From: Babesia bigemina | Lineage: Eukaryota | Direction of reading: 5' to 3' | Assembly: GCF_000981445.1 (NCBI RefSeq) | Contig: NC_027216.1 | Span: 186,001-250,000 of the forward strand | DNA length: 64,000 bases | Shown: positions 36,954-48,329 of the stretch, piece after piece | Numbering within the stretch: the first letter of the stretch is position 1 | Layout: the number at the start of each line of letters is the position of its first letter | The notes under the pieces: model-generated | What the model was told of the DNA's origin: nothing | Seen by the model: only the letters and a program-made list of their open reading frames with translations | Databases searched by the model: none | Position numbers and translations under genes: made by a program

Positions 36954-38950
36954 TTACTTACTGAATTCCATGGAGCGCATGGGCGTTGCGCCGCCTAACT
37001 GGGCTTCCCACAGGGACTTGTACCCCCCTCCGCGTTGCAGGAGCTCAACGTGCGAGCCCAGCTCCTTGACCTCGCCGTTCTCCATGTACATGATGCAGTC
37101 GCAGTCGACGGTGGTGCTCAGTCGGTGGGCGATGGTGAGCACCGTGCGGTTGTGGAACAGCAGCCGCAGGGTGGACTGGATCTCAGACTCTGTCTTGGAG
37201 TCCAGCGCACTGGTGGCCTCGTCCAATACGATGATCGGCGGGTCCTTGAGGAAGCAGCGCGCGATGCTGACGCGCTGCTTCTCGCCGCCGGAGAGGCGCA
37301 TGCCCTTCTCTCCCACCACGGTGTCGAGCCTGTCCGGCATCGCCATGACGCGGTCCAGGAAGCTCGCGCGACGGAGCGCCTCGTATACCTCCTCGTCCGT
37401 GGCGTCGAGCTTGGCGTATCGGATGTTGTCGCGCAGCGTGGCGTGGAACATCGCGGTGTTCTGCGACACCACGCCGATGTTGCGGCGCAGGCTCTCCTGG
37501 GTCACCGCCGTGACGTCCATGCCGTTGACCAGAATCTGGCCGCTGGTGCGGTCGTAGAGGCGGCACAGCAGCAGGCTCAGGGTGGTCTTGCCGGTGCCAG
37601 TCGGGCCGACGATGGCCAGCGAGTGCCCCTTGGGCACCGAGAAGCTGATGTTGCGCAGAACCACCTTGGGCTGCGTTCCCCGGCGCTCGGGGAAACTGAA
37701 GGACACGTCCTTGAACTCGATCATCGGCACGTCGCTAGAGCTGGTCACGTCCAGATCGAGCGTGACGGCGTCCTCGCGGTCCACTACGGCGGGCTTGCAC
37801 TGCATCATGTTGGCGGCACTCTGGATGCCGGCCATCGCACGGCAGATCATGGCGTACATGGTGCCCAGCATGTACAGCGGGCGGTAGAGGTAGAAGAGAT
37901 AGGTCTGGATCGACACGACGTCTCCAATGCTCATGCGGCCGCTGGACGCGGCCAGCACTCCGAAGAGCAGGCACAGGCCGATGGTCGCTTGCTTCATCAC
38001 CTCCTGCGACATGTTCAGCATGCTCAGGCTGGAGAGCACGAGCCACTGGCACCTCTGGTGCTTGCGCACGACTGAGGTGTACTGCGCGACCTCGTGTGAC
38101 TCGTTGGTGTAGTACTTCACGGTCTCGAAGTTGTTCATGCCGTCGTTCGCCACGTTGTGCATTTCGTCGTCCCTCTGCGCCTCCGCTGCACGGGTCTTGT
38201 TGCGCCAGTTGGTGGTCAGGATGGTCACAACGATGTACAGGGTCAACCCGACCACCAGCGTCACCACCAGCCACACCTCCCGGAAGTAGACGGCGAAGAG
38301 CACGCAGACGGACACCGCCTCCAACATCGTTGGCACCATGAGCAGCACGCCGAAGCGAGTCAATTCGCGCATCGACTCGAGGCCACGGGTCATGCAGCGG
38401 ATCATCTGCCCGCTCTTGGTCTCCACAAACCACTGGTAGTCCATCGTGTGCAGGTGGCTGTAGAACTTCAGGGCCAGAGTGGTCAGCCCCTGGCACTGCA
38501 CCTGCGAAACGATGCTGACGATGCCGTACTAACTTACGTAGCTGAATAACAGGTTTCTCGTCTCGTCGAAGGTGGTGCCGCCCAGGAAGAGGATCGCCAT
38601 CAGCAGCAGATCCTTAAGCGCTAACGACTTGTCGCCCTTGCCCAACGCGGTGATCACCTGGCCCATGTAGTATGGCGCCAGCAGGTTGCAGGCCTTGCCG
38701 AAGAACAGCGAGACGATCGCCAGGATGACGAACAACCGCAGCATGAACACCTTGTGCGCGCTGTCGCCGGGGTTTCCGGGCCAGTAGAACGGTTGCATCA
38801 ACTGCACGCAGCGTCATTTACGCGCCTAGCAACACCTACCGCAATGACATCCTTCGCCGTGGCCCTCTTGACATCTTCCTCGACGTTGACCCGGAAGGCA
38901 TCGTCGTCTTCCATCGACTTGCCGTGGCCGGTAACAGGACACTTCCCCAT
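36954..38950 (-). CDS. ABC-B half transporter, ATM1/HMT1 (ABCB6/7)-like, 3 exons
   Basis: TM domain with NFETVKYY, Walker A GPTGTGKT, signature LSGGEKQR, Walker B VLDEATSALD, IAHRLST. Confidence 0.93.
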
Positions 38951-39650
38951 CTTGGCGGCGGTAATACAGACACCACAGCGATATACTTTCCCTAATACCG
39001 ATGCTTGTTCGACAGTGTGCGGGAGAATACTCCCATGTGCAGGCAAAAGACAGTCGACACAGTACAGGCCGGTGTAACGGAAGTTTCGACGCCTACAGAG
39101 AGCGCTTGCAGTCACCGCAGCACGGAATCGCTATACTTATGCGAACAGGCAAACTGACACGCGTAAGAGCCTAGGCGATACTCTTCAAAAACAAGGCCGG
39201 CGTGACGTTCGTGCCGGTAGAAGGACTTATACCGTAAACAGCAACGACGATGCGTAGGCTTCGTCTTTTTAATATGTAACCAATGTTGACAAAATGCGCG
39301 TCGCTTATTTATATGACAAACGGGTCTCCCTACACGTTTCTGGAGTACACATAGGCCTGCCACGCACCTGTGCCGCGGTCGTCGGCGCCGGCAGATCCAA
39401 ACGCCACGGGAGCCAAACCGGTAGACAACGACCCAGTCGACGGCGCGTCGTACCCGCGTCGAGCGACACAACGCTACGGTGTATGTGGACCGTCGTAAAG
39501 CGTCGACATCTTTGCCGCGCACACACCGCGTCTGCAGTCACACGGTACACACGTCGTACAGCCAATGTGCTCAATGAAACTGCTTGCATTCCATTGAAAT
39601 AACGTTAACGAGACGATGGAGAGCGCCGACGGCCGTGCGTTCCCGATGAC

Positions 39651-42600
39651 CTATGGATCGCGTAGCCGCTTGCTCAGCACATCGGCGTCAAGCAGCCCTT
39701 TGAGGTGCTCGAGCGCCGCTTTGTTCCTCCGAATACGGTCCTGAGCAACTATATTGGCGGTGAATGCACTGACGTACCAGCTCATGCTGAAGCGCTTGTG
39801 GCAGCAGCCTTTCCAATCGCGCAATCAACGGTCGCTGGTGGCTGAGCGCGAAGAACTGGCGGAAGTAAATCTGGACCAGCAGCAGCGCCGTCTTCGAGGC
39901 CATCTCCATGGTGTGGAGGTTCACGGTACCGCTGCCGCAGAGGTAGCTGTACGACTCCAAACTCGACACGATGTAGTTGAGGAGCTGCGGTGTCATGATC
40001 GGCGACTTAGACAACCGTACAAACGCACAACCACATCCACACCGCATTCAATGCGAAAGGTACAGCACATCGCTATTTTCGAAACCGCGATGCGGGCAGG
40101 AATCCGAAATCAGCATCGCCCATCAACTATAAGAGACAGGTCACAATGTAGCACGCAGGCATCGCAAAAGTGTTGTGACCTCCGTGGGACTCAACACGTG
40201 CAGTCGCATGCATAAACTAACCTTCTCCGCATAGATGAACGGCAGGGCGATGAGCACCTCGTGAACCACGCTGTGCGTCAGGCTGCAGACCGCCATCATC
40301 ACGTGCTCAGTAGGGGTGCGATTGAACAGTTCCAGCGGTGGATCGGGTTCCTTGGGTGGTGCCGTATCAGGCGTGCCGTACTTGGACAGCGCTCCGGTCC
40401 CCGAGGTCATCTCTTCGTAGTCCCGGACCTGCTGCTTGTGGTCTTCCAGCGCCTGACGGTACTCCTCCGCCTCGTCGATGACTCGCATCAGATCTTCAGT
40501 TGCCTTCACTGACTGCACCGTCTTGCGCGTTGCCTTGTTTAGCAGCGCGTCGCGGTCGACTGGAATGGCCTGGTTGAGGTCGTCACGAACCACCTCGTGC
40601 TCCAGTTGCAGCTCCAGCTCCTTCTCCCGCTCCTCGGAGAGGAAGATTTGCTCGTCGGTACGGCGCCAGAAACGAATGGTGCTGTCATCCGCTGCGGCCA
40701 GATTGCTAAATAGTGACGGTGAACTCACATGCGGAGATGAAGAAGTGAGCGTCACTGCTCACGGCCAAGGAACGCACCGCCGTGCTGTGTCCGCGGAGCT
40801 GGCAGATCAACTCGTAGGTGTCGCAGTCCCACAGCTTTATGGACGAATCCAGGCTCGTGGTGACGAGGTAGTGGGTGTTGTTGATCCAACGGCACTTCAC
40901 CACGGCGCTCGAGTGGCCCAGCAGGGAACGGCGAATGTTGCCGAAGTCCAACCCCCAGATCTTTATGGTCTTGTCGAGTGAACTGGACGCCAGCAGCGTG
41001 CCATCCGAAGATATGTCGATGGAGGTGACGGGCAGCTTGTGGCCGTAGAGCGAAAGGAAGGGCTTCATGGTATCGGTGTAGAAGGTCTGGACGGTGCTGT
41101 CGTGGAGCGCAACGGCCAACAGACGGCCATCGCTGGAGTAGCGCACCTCGGTGGGGTCGTCAGCCAGCGACGTCGAGGACACCTCCTTCACACAAAGCAC
41201 CTCCTGGGAGCCCTTCTTCTTCAGCATGTACTGGAAGACCCTGACGCAGCGGTCGCGGAAGGCCGCCGCAAACGAGGCGTGATCAGGGTGCTCGCAGATG
41301 GATATGACGTCCAGATCCGAGGAGCGTTTACTGGTGTCGGCGGCGAGCTTGTAGACCTCGTGCACGTCGCAGGTGTCGAGGTACAGCACCCGGAGCTCAC
41401 CCGTGCTCGTGCCCGCCAGTATGTGGCGGTTCCCCGCCACGAAGTAGGCGCAGGCGACGGCCTTGCAGTCGAAGGTGCGGATGGCGTGCAACGTGTGGGA
41501 GTTCCACACCTTCAGCGACTCTGCCGAGAACGAGAGCAGCATGGTGTCGCTGGGAGACACGCCCAACCCCATGATGGGACTCGGGTGGCCGACCGCATCG
41601 AGCAGGTGCACCCGCTCACACAGGGAGACCATGTCCTCCATGTCTGAGTCGTCATCTGCGGTCTTCGGCGAGAGCAGCTTCTGCAGCTGCACGCGCCAGA
41701 CGCTAACGCGGTTGTTGGCGTAGCCGATGACGAAGCCGCTGGAGAACAACGCGAATGACGCGATGCGCTCAAACGCGTTGACGGCGAACATGTAATTCAG
41801 CTCGTCGGTGGCGGCGAACTCAGTATTGCTGCTGGCCGCGTTCGAAGCGGAGGGGTCAGCCGGCTCCACCGGGTTGGTCCCACTCAACAGCTTCTCAAGA
41901 TGCGATATGGTAGCTTCCAACGAGTCGAACTTCACCGTGACCTCGCGGCCCGTGGCCCTCAGAGCCTCGCGGAGCTTGTTGCAACGCGCGCGCTGCTTCT
42001 CGAGGTGGCGCTTCTGCCGGCGCTTGCGGCGTTTCGCGGCCTCCGCAGAGTCGTAGAGGCGGTAGAAGACCACGAATGTCGTGGTCACGCACAGCATCAG
42101 CCCCTTCTGGTCTATCTCCAGCACCTTGGCGCTCTCCTTGCCTGACGCACGCGACCCTTTGCGGCCCGAGTAGGTCGCGGCGGCGTCCTTCGCGCCGGGG
42201 TACATGATGCACAACCTGCGGCATCGTCCGTGGTTCTCCGGGCGGTTCAGCGAGGGCAGCTCCTTGGCGTACACCGGGATGTCGTAGGCGGAGTTTTCCT
42301 CCTTCTCACTGCCCGAGACGTCCAACTTGTAGCAGCGGATGCGGTTCTCAGACCCTCCCACGTAGAACCGTGACTGACGCAGCATGCACATCGGTGCCCA
42401 ACGCAGCGGACCTACCTCATTGGAATTGACAGCGATGCTGTACAGCTCCGCGGTGGAGTGGATAACGGTCTGGATGCAGAGTTGCGATGTCAGGTCCCAG
42501 ACGCGCACGATGCAGTCCTTCGACACGCTCAAGAGGAACCCCAGGATGTCGTCGCCCTGTTTGACGGAGGCGCGCTCCGCGCCGAGCCTGCGCGATTTCA

Positions 42601-43132
42601 GCTGGCTCTCGGAGCCGCCGGCGTGGCTGACGAAACGCAGGTCGGTGATCTCGTTGCGATGTCCCTCGAGCCTGAACAGACCCAGGTCTCCGGTGGTATC
42701 CCAGATGATGATGCTGCAGTCCTGCGATCCGGAGGCCAGCAGCTGCCGGAATGGACTCAGCGCGAGGCAGGTCACCGCGTTCTTGTGGCCCTGCACGTGG
42801 AAGTCCTCATTGACCACCGAGACCGCCTCTCCGGCCAGCGACTCCGGGCGCTGGAAGCGCCGGATGGAGCCGTCTGCGTAGCCCACGTACAGCCAGCGCT
42901 CGACGCCATCGGAGCATACGAACGCGGTCACGTCGGAAGGCGCGTGCAGGTCGTCCGGCTTCGCCTCGAAGTTGACGCGAGCCTCGCCGGTGCGGCAGTT
43001 CCAGACGCTCACGCGCTCGTCGTGCCCCGTTAGGACGAAATCCTGCGAGAGCGCTGCGACGCTGCGGCATACGCGCGAGGTTACCGTGCCGAAGCTGTCT
43101 TGCAGCGCGTAGCGCAGATACGATTTCACCAT
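39651..43132 (-). CDS. UTP12: U3 snoRNA-associated protein UTP12/DIP2 (WDR3)
   Basis: MVKSYLRY start, many WD repeats, FLSLYGHKLPV, IKIWGLDFG, EQIFLSEEREKELE, and the Utp12 domain EVLIALPF. Several introns. Confidence 0.92.
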
Positions 43133-44000
43133 TGGCCTCGCGCGGTGGAATCCATGGAACACAGCGCGATTCGTACGCTATCGATATCAACCGAACCAAA
43201 TCGCGCCGTATGCGATGTTAAATTATACTAGCGGAATCGAGCCGTGGTCGCCGATAGCCGCCTGCCGTAACCCTGTGCGGTGGCCCGGAGCCGTACAGCA
43301 TACAGTGGGCTGCGCAGGCGGCCGGTCAGACCGGCAAATGGAACACCTCAAGCAAGCACGGCTTGTATATAATATTGCCGGTGCTGCGGTGCCGGAGTTA
43401 CGTGGATGTGCTACGCAGCCGTCGTTGCTGGGCAACACCCTGGGCGCTGACCGTCGAGAAGACACGCTTCCAACCAGCGCCGTTGCGGCTTTGCGCAAAG
43501 TCGTGGTAGCTGTTATCAGAGCGGGCAAGGCGTTATATGTGAATACATGCGCGCTGAAACGCCAACACCCGGATTTCGTTACTGGGCCCCGGCGCAGAAC
43601 GCAGCAGAGGAGTCAACGAAAATTCCGGTCACATTAACTTACACACTTGGCACATACGTGTACCCGCCGGAGAACGCCAGCTGTTGCTCAACGGCCACTA
43701 GAAATCAACCAGCATTCGGACGCACCTATTAGACAGCAACGCACGTGGCGCCGCATACCAGCTACACATGGCGGCCAGGGGACACGAGGGGGCCGCGGTC
43801 GCTCGTGACTAAATACCAAAGGTGATTTGAGGCCGTGTTAGGCAACACTACTTATCCCGCAGGGGCCGAACACGCCAAGCGCCTGCTGCGCATGGCCATG
43901 CGGGAGTTGCGCTGAGGTCGCGAAACAGACGAGCAGACGCTACACACCAACTGCACATCGAGTGGTCAGCGCAAGACAGGCGCATTTCGGTTGAGACAGG

Positions 44001-47000
44001 ATGCCGTCTTCGTCGAGGGGCTCGCAGCACAGCGGGAGCGGTTACACATTGGACTCCGAGCTGGAGGAATCGCCCACCAACACACCGGGCTCCTTAAGCA
44101 GGCAGTCGTACGACTCGAAACTGAGCCGAAGTTCTTCACGGCGCAGTAATGCGGCGAGAGGTGAATTGGACCATGAGGATGTCGAGGCGCTGTCTGAAAG
44201 GCAGCAAAGTAGCCGGTCGAGCGCTGGGTCGGCGAACTACACGAAAGCGGAGACCGGGACCAGGTTGACGATGGGCGGGCGTTCGGATAAGAGCAGCATG
44301 CACCTCGCCTCCTTTTTCACGAACAAAAGCAGTCGAAGCAGCGGCGGTGGCACGGATCGCTCTGAGAGCTCGCGGCGGTCGTCAGCTCGATCAAGCGATG
44401 AGGGCGAAGAGTATCACAGATCGCGGAGCCGCAGCTCGGTTTCGTCGAGGAGCAAGGAACGCAGCTCCTCCAAGAGCAGTCGCTCCTCCGCGAGCGTTGA
44501 CGTGGGGCCGTACTCGAAAACGCAAGTGAACTCCCCCGTTGCCGACGACAGGATACAACAGGCGTGCAGCAAGTACGGGCTGGACAACGACAGCCTGCAG
44601 GAAATACTGGAGGGCAGGCATCGCTCTCAGCGGAGCGATGCGTCGCTGTCGAACCGTGACCAAGGTTCCGAGAACGGCGAGACTTCGCCTGACAGCTTTA
44701 GGGATGAAATGCTGGTGTATCTGCTGCAGCAGCAGCTGAAGCTTAAGGCCGAACTGAAGGCGCAAAAGTCGCGGGGGCACGGGTCGCATTCCACGGATGG
44801 AACGCCAGTACGAAGCGGGCGGTCATTCCAAAGTGACGGTAGCGGGCGGAGTAGCAAAGGTTACAAGGCTCTGGAGGAGGTGACGCCAAACGAATTGAGG
44901 AGCATACAGGAGGGCTGGGGCGGCGACTCGCTGCGTGACCAGGAGAGTAACGCACCGGGCACGCCCAAAAAACAGGGCACGCGCTCCAATGTACCGACTT
45001 TAGGAAACAGCGGCGCGTTCACGCTCGAGGACACGTACTCATCGTCCGGTGCGAGCCGAAGGGAGGGCATGCAACAGCAAGCTTCGCACGCAGGGGGTGC
45101 ACCGATGGTCGCCGATGAGCCCCCACTGTACGCACGCAACAGTCGGACGCTGAATGCTGACGAGATGGGGATACAGAACGAAGCCAGCTCGCTGCATAAC
45201 GAAATCGAGCAAATCATCGACAGTCTCGCGAGCTCAGGCATGGACCAGTTGAGTGATGGCGCCATGGCAGCAAACCAGAATCTGGGCATGAGACAGCCAC
45301 CCTTTCCACCTCAATACCCCCAGCAATTCTCGGGCGCTGGCAGTGGGCAATTCAGCATGCACAGCCCCAACCAACCGCCTATGCACAACGGCCAACACCC
45401 GTACATGAATAGCGGAAGCCATTCTTACATGAATAGCGGAAGCCATTCTTACATGAATAGCGGGAGCCATTCGTATATGAATAGCGGGAGCAAATCATAT
45501 ACGGACAACGGAAGCAATCCTTACGTAAACAACGGCCACCACTCGTACGATAACAGCGGAAGCAACTCGTGTATGAACCGGATGGATGCCCCCTATATTA
45601 ACAGCGGGAGCAACTCGTATATGAACCGGGTGGATACTCTATATGACAACAGCGGAAGCAACTCGTATATGAACCGGATGGATACTCCATACGATAACAG
45701 CGGAAGCAACTCGTATACGAACCAGATGGATAACCGGTTTATGTACCCGGAGGATGAGCACTATGTCGATGAGCTACCCCTGCCCATAAAGGTGCCCACC
45801 AAGGATCCGAAGCCGGATGTCATGGATGCGATGGTCATGACGGACCAGACTGCGCGCGAAAACGAACTTCACGCCTACGAGAGGCTCAACAGAGAACTGG
45901 AGGAGGAGGCTTTCGACAACCAGGGTGCTTACCAAACCGACAACACGCGCATCACCAAAGACGGGATTTCATGGGAGATCACGGAGTCCTACCTCAAGGA
46001 GGAAGAGAGGCGCATGCTGCTCGAACAAAAACGCGCTCAAATGCTCAAACGGTTGAAAGAGGCGCCCTATGCGAAGACGCAGACGCTGCAAGACCACTAC
46101 GCCAAGTGGGCGGCCAAAAAGGCGTCGATGCCTAAGCCTCGCGACGGCAGACCTGAGGAACGGGTTGGCAGCAGCAAATCTTTCGACAAGGATGAAGCGT
46201 TCTGCCAGGTGCCGTGCAACGTCATCGACCCTGTGGCTGCAACTTGCGGTGCGCCCATCTTTAGACGCACAAGGGGTAACTCTCGCCAGCGCCAATCGTC
46301 AAATCATTCCACAGATTCGAAACAAACCCCGCCGCCCAGGCAAGCCGATTACCAGATTCCGAAGGCGCCGCGGCTAGCACCGATTCAGCCGCCGATGAAG
46401 GAGGCGCCCTGCAGCGGGGATGCGACGCCGAGCCGCAGGGACATCTACATCAAGGGGTCGTGGGACCCTCACACCGGCGCCCTAAGAATAAGTAATGATT
46501 TAGACAGTTCACAAAATACGGATAAAACCCGCATTCTTGATGATTACGTTGACTTTTTGAAACAGAATCCTGGAAACTGGAGCCGGGAACCCAGCCTAGA
46601 CGAGACGCCCTTACCTCCACCCATGGTCCGTGCTCGTGCCGAAGACCCGCCTACTATGAAACCGGATATCGCAAAGGAGGTGCGTGAAGCGGAGCCGGAG
46701 CCGTACACTAGGAGAAGTGTCAGCGCCACTGAGTCCATCAGATCGGAGAAAAGCCTGACTCTGACCTCGTCGTCCTCGTCAGGGAGCCAGGGAGACCTCT
46801 ACGAGAACGACGAATTCTACCCCCCGAGCGGCCCGCTCCCGGGCGATTTTTCAGGTGTGGGATTCGCGTCCCCTGCACAGCAGCCGAAGTACGCGATGGG
46901 TTTCAGCGACCCGTACATGCCGCCGGTGAGGTCGGCCAGTGACCTCTACAGTTCGTCCATGGCGCACCTGGCGGTGTTGAATGGCGCGCGCGCGAGTTCG

Positions 47001-48116
47001 ACGATGACTGCGCCCGTGCCTGCCAGCAATCCGGAGGAGCGGTCGCACCACCACCACTATCACTACCACTGCTCGGAGCGGCGCCACCGTACGTGCCCCC
47101 ACCGGAGGAGGCACGGCTGTAGGCACAAGCACCGGAGCAGCTGCTCGCACAAGAAGCATTCGCATGCGCACGGTGCAGCGTCGGACGACTGCGAGCACAT
47201 CAGGGAGCACCGGAAGTCTCCATGCCGGGGCCGCTCCATGGCGACCATGACGTCGCGTGACTTCGAGCCCGCTGAAAAACCCATGCCGGCAGCGGAAAGG
47301 CAAGAAACGGAAATGACACTGATGTCACCCAAGAGCAAATCAAGTAGATCAAGCCCCAGCTTCTTCTGCAAGTCGCCCAGCCCGCGCTTGCAATCGTCGC
47401 CGGTCGAACGCAGTGGCTCCGGCATACGGGTTGCGGCGCCGTTCGACCCGTGTTTCGACTCGTCCGACGACGGCAAGCATTCGTCCCACAGGACTGAGGA
47501 CTCCGACGAGGCGCCGCTGTCGTTCCGCGACATCATTACCACTGCTGGTAGGTTGAAGAGCACCGACTTCGTCAAGGTTACCATGTACCACTCACCCAAC
47601 GCTGAAAACGATGTTGCAGAACAGCAGCCTGCGGAGGCGCAGGCGGTACTCGAACCTGAGGTCCATGTCAAGCCGTCCGGGTGGTGCTGCGCCGAAACCA
47701 CCAAGGCCGAGGAAACACCCGCGGAACAGCCCCAGTCTGACGGCGTCGGCCTGCGCGACGACGCCACCGTCAGGGCTGATAGCACGCGGTCAAGCATGTG
47801 TCGCGCCCCGTCGCCCACCTGCACCGCTCCCTGGAGCACGAGTCCAGTCAGGTACCCTCATGTGTTCAGCAGGCGGGTGCACGTGAGGACTACCAACAGC
47901 CCCAAGGTCTGCGTATCGCCGCTCGCGAAGCTGGAGAATGGTGAGTGCCCGAACCTGTGCAAGCAACCCGACGCGAGTCCGTTGAAGGTGTGCTACGACT
48001 CGGAGGCTGAGTCCAGCGAGCAGTTCACCTTCCGCGACAGCAGGCCGGACGACTCCAAGCAGGCCAACGCGCCGCCCATCTTCAAAACGAGAGTGCTCTA
48101 CGTGGGCAACAACTGA
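44001..48116 (+). CDS. Hypothetical 1371-aa low-complexity protein (Ser/Arg-rich N-terminus, N/S/Y/M repeats, His/Cys cluster)
   Basis: Single long ORF with no globular domain recognised. Confidence 0.75.
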   Translation: MPSSSRGSQHSGSGYTLDSELEESPTNTPGSLSRQSYDSKLSRSSSRRSNAARGELDHEDVEALSERQQSSRSSAGSANYTKAETGTRLTMGGRSDKSSMHLASFFTNKSSRSSGGGTDRSESSRRSSARSSDEGEEYHRSRSRSSVSSRSKERSSSKSSRSSASVDVGPYSKTQVNSPVADDRIQQACSKYGLDNDSLQEILEGRHRSQRSDASLSNRDQGSENGETSPDSFRDEMLVYLLQQQLKLKAELKAQKSRGHGSHSTDGTPVRSGRSFQSDGSGRSSKGYKALEEVTPNELRSIQEGWGGDSLRDQESNAPGTPKKQGTRSNVPTLGNSGAFTLEDTYSSSGASRREGMQQQASHAGGAPMVADEPPLYARNSRTLNADEMGIQNEASSLHNEIEQIIDSLASSGMDQLSDGAMAANQNLGMRQPPFPPQYPQQFSGAGSGQFSMHSPNQPPMHNGQHPYMNSGSHSYMNSGSHSYMNSGSHSYMNSGSKSYTDNGSNPYVNNGHHSYDNSGSNSCMNRMDAPYINSGSNSYMNRVDTLYDNSGSNSYMNRMDTPYDNSGSNSYTNQMDNRFMYPEDEHYVDELPLPIKVPTKDPKPDVMDAMVMTDQTARENELHAYERLNRELEEEAFDNQGAYQTDNTRITKDGISWEITESYLKEEERRMLLEQKRAQMLKRLKEAPYAKTQTLQDHYAKWAAKKASMPKPRDGRPEERVGSSKSFDKDEAFCQVPCNVIDPVAATCGAPIFRRTRGNSRQRQSSNHSTDSKQTPPPRQADYQIPKAPRLAPIQPPMKEAPCSGDATPSRRDIYIKGSWDPHTGALRISNDLDSSQNTDKTRILDDYVDFLKQNPGNWSREPSLDETPLPPPMVRARAEDPPTMKPDIAKEVREAEPEPYTRRSVSATESIRSEKSLTLTSSSSSGSQGDLYENDEFYPPSGPLPGDFSGVGFASPAQQPKYAMGFSDPYMPPVRSASDLYSSSMAHLAVLNGARASSTMTAPVPASNPEERSHHHHYHYHCSERRHRTCPHRRRHGCRHKHRSSCSHKKHSHAHGAASDDCEHIREHRKSPCRGRSMATMTSRDFEPAEKPMPAAERQETEMTLMSPKSKSSRSSPSFFCKSPSPRLQSSPVERSGSGIRVAAPFDPCFDSSDDGKHSSHRTEDSDEAPLSFRDIITTAGRLKSTDFVKVTMYHSPNAENDVAEQQPAEAQAVLEPEVHVKPSGWCCAETTKAEETPAEQPQSDGVGLRDDATVRADSTRSSMCRAPSPTCTAPWSTSPVRYPHVFSRRVHVRTTNSPKVCVSPLAKLENGECPNLCKQPDASPLKVCYDSEAESSEQFTFRDSRPDDSKQANAPPIFKTRVLYVGNN
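45401..45735 (+). repeat. Coding tandem repeats: 24-bp (YMNSGSHS) x4 followed by 54-bp (NSGSNSYMNRMDTPYD-like) x3-4
   Basis: tacatgaatagcggaagccattct repeated, then aacagcggaagcaactcgtatatgaaccggatggat units. Confidence 0.9.
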
Positions 48117-48329
48117 AAGGCGGACACCGCCAATTGTAATGATTACAGCATGAACTAGCCACCTAATTCCACCTGATTGACACGATCGTGGAGCGCCGCA
48201 CCCGGTATGCGGAGGGACGGGGTCTATAACAACCACGCCGCACGAACGGCCCACCGTACACAGCGTGCCGCCAGTATATAATGCGCGATAAGCTTATAAC
48301 GAGTAACGAGTGTACGATGTTGAAGCGTT

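Noticed and set aside
36970..38549. Long antisense and alternate-frame ORFs over the ABC gene (likewise over UTP12, HECT, NIF)
   Set aside because: Shadow ORFs expected from GC-rich codon usage, with no motifs.
39021..39034. Small hairpin gggag-aata-ctccc upstream of the ABC gene
   Set aside because: A 5-bp stem is expected by chance.
43200..43990. GC-rich spacer as a possible ncRNA or tRNA
   Set aside because: No tRNA A/B boxes or snRNA motifs recognised. It fits a divergent promoter/UTR region.
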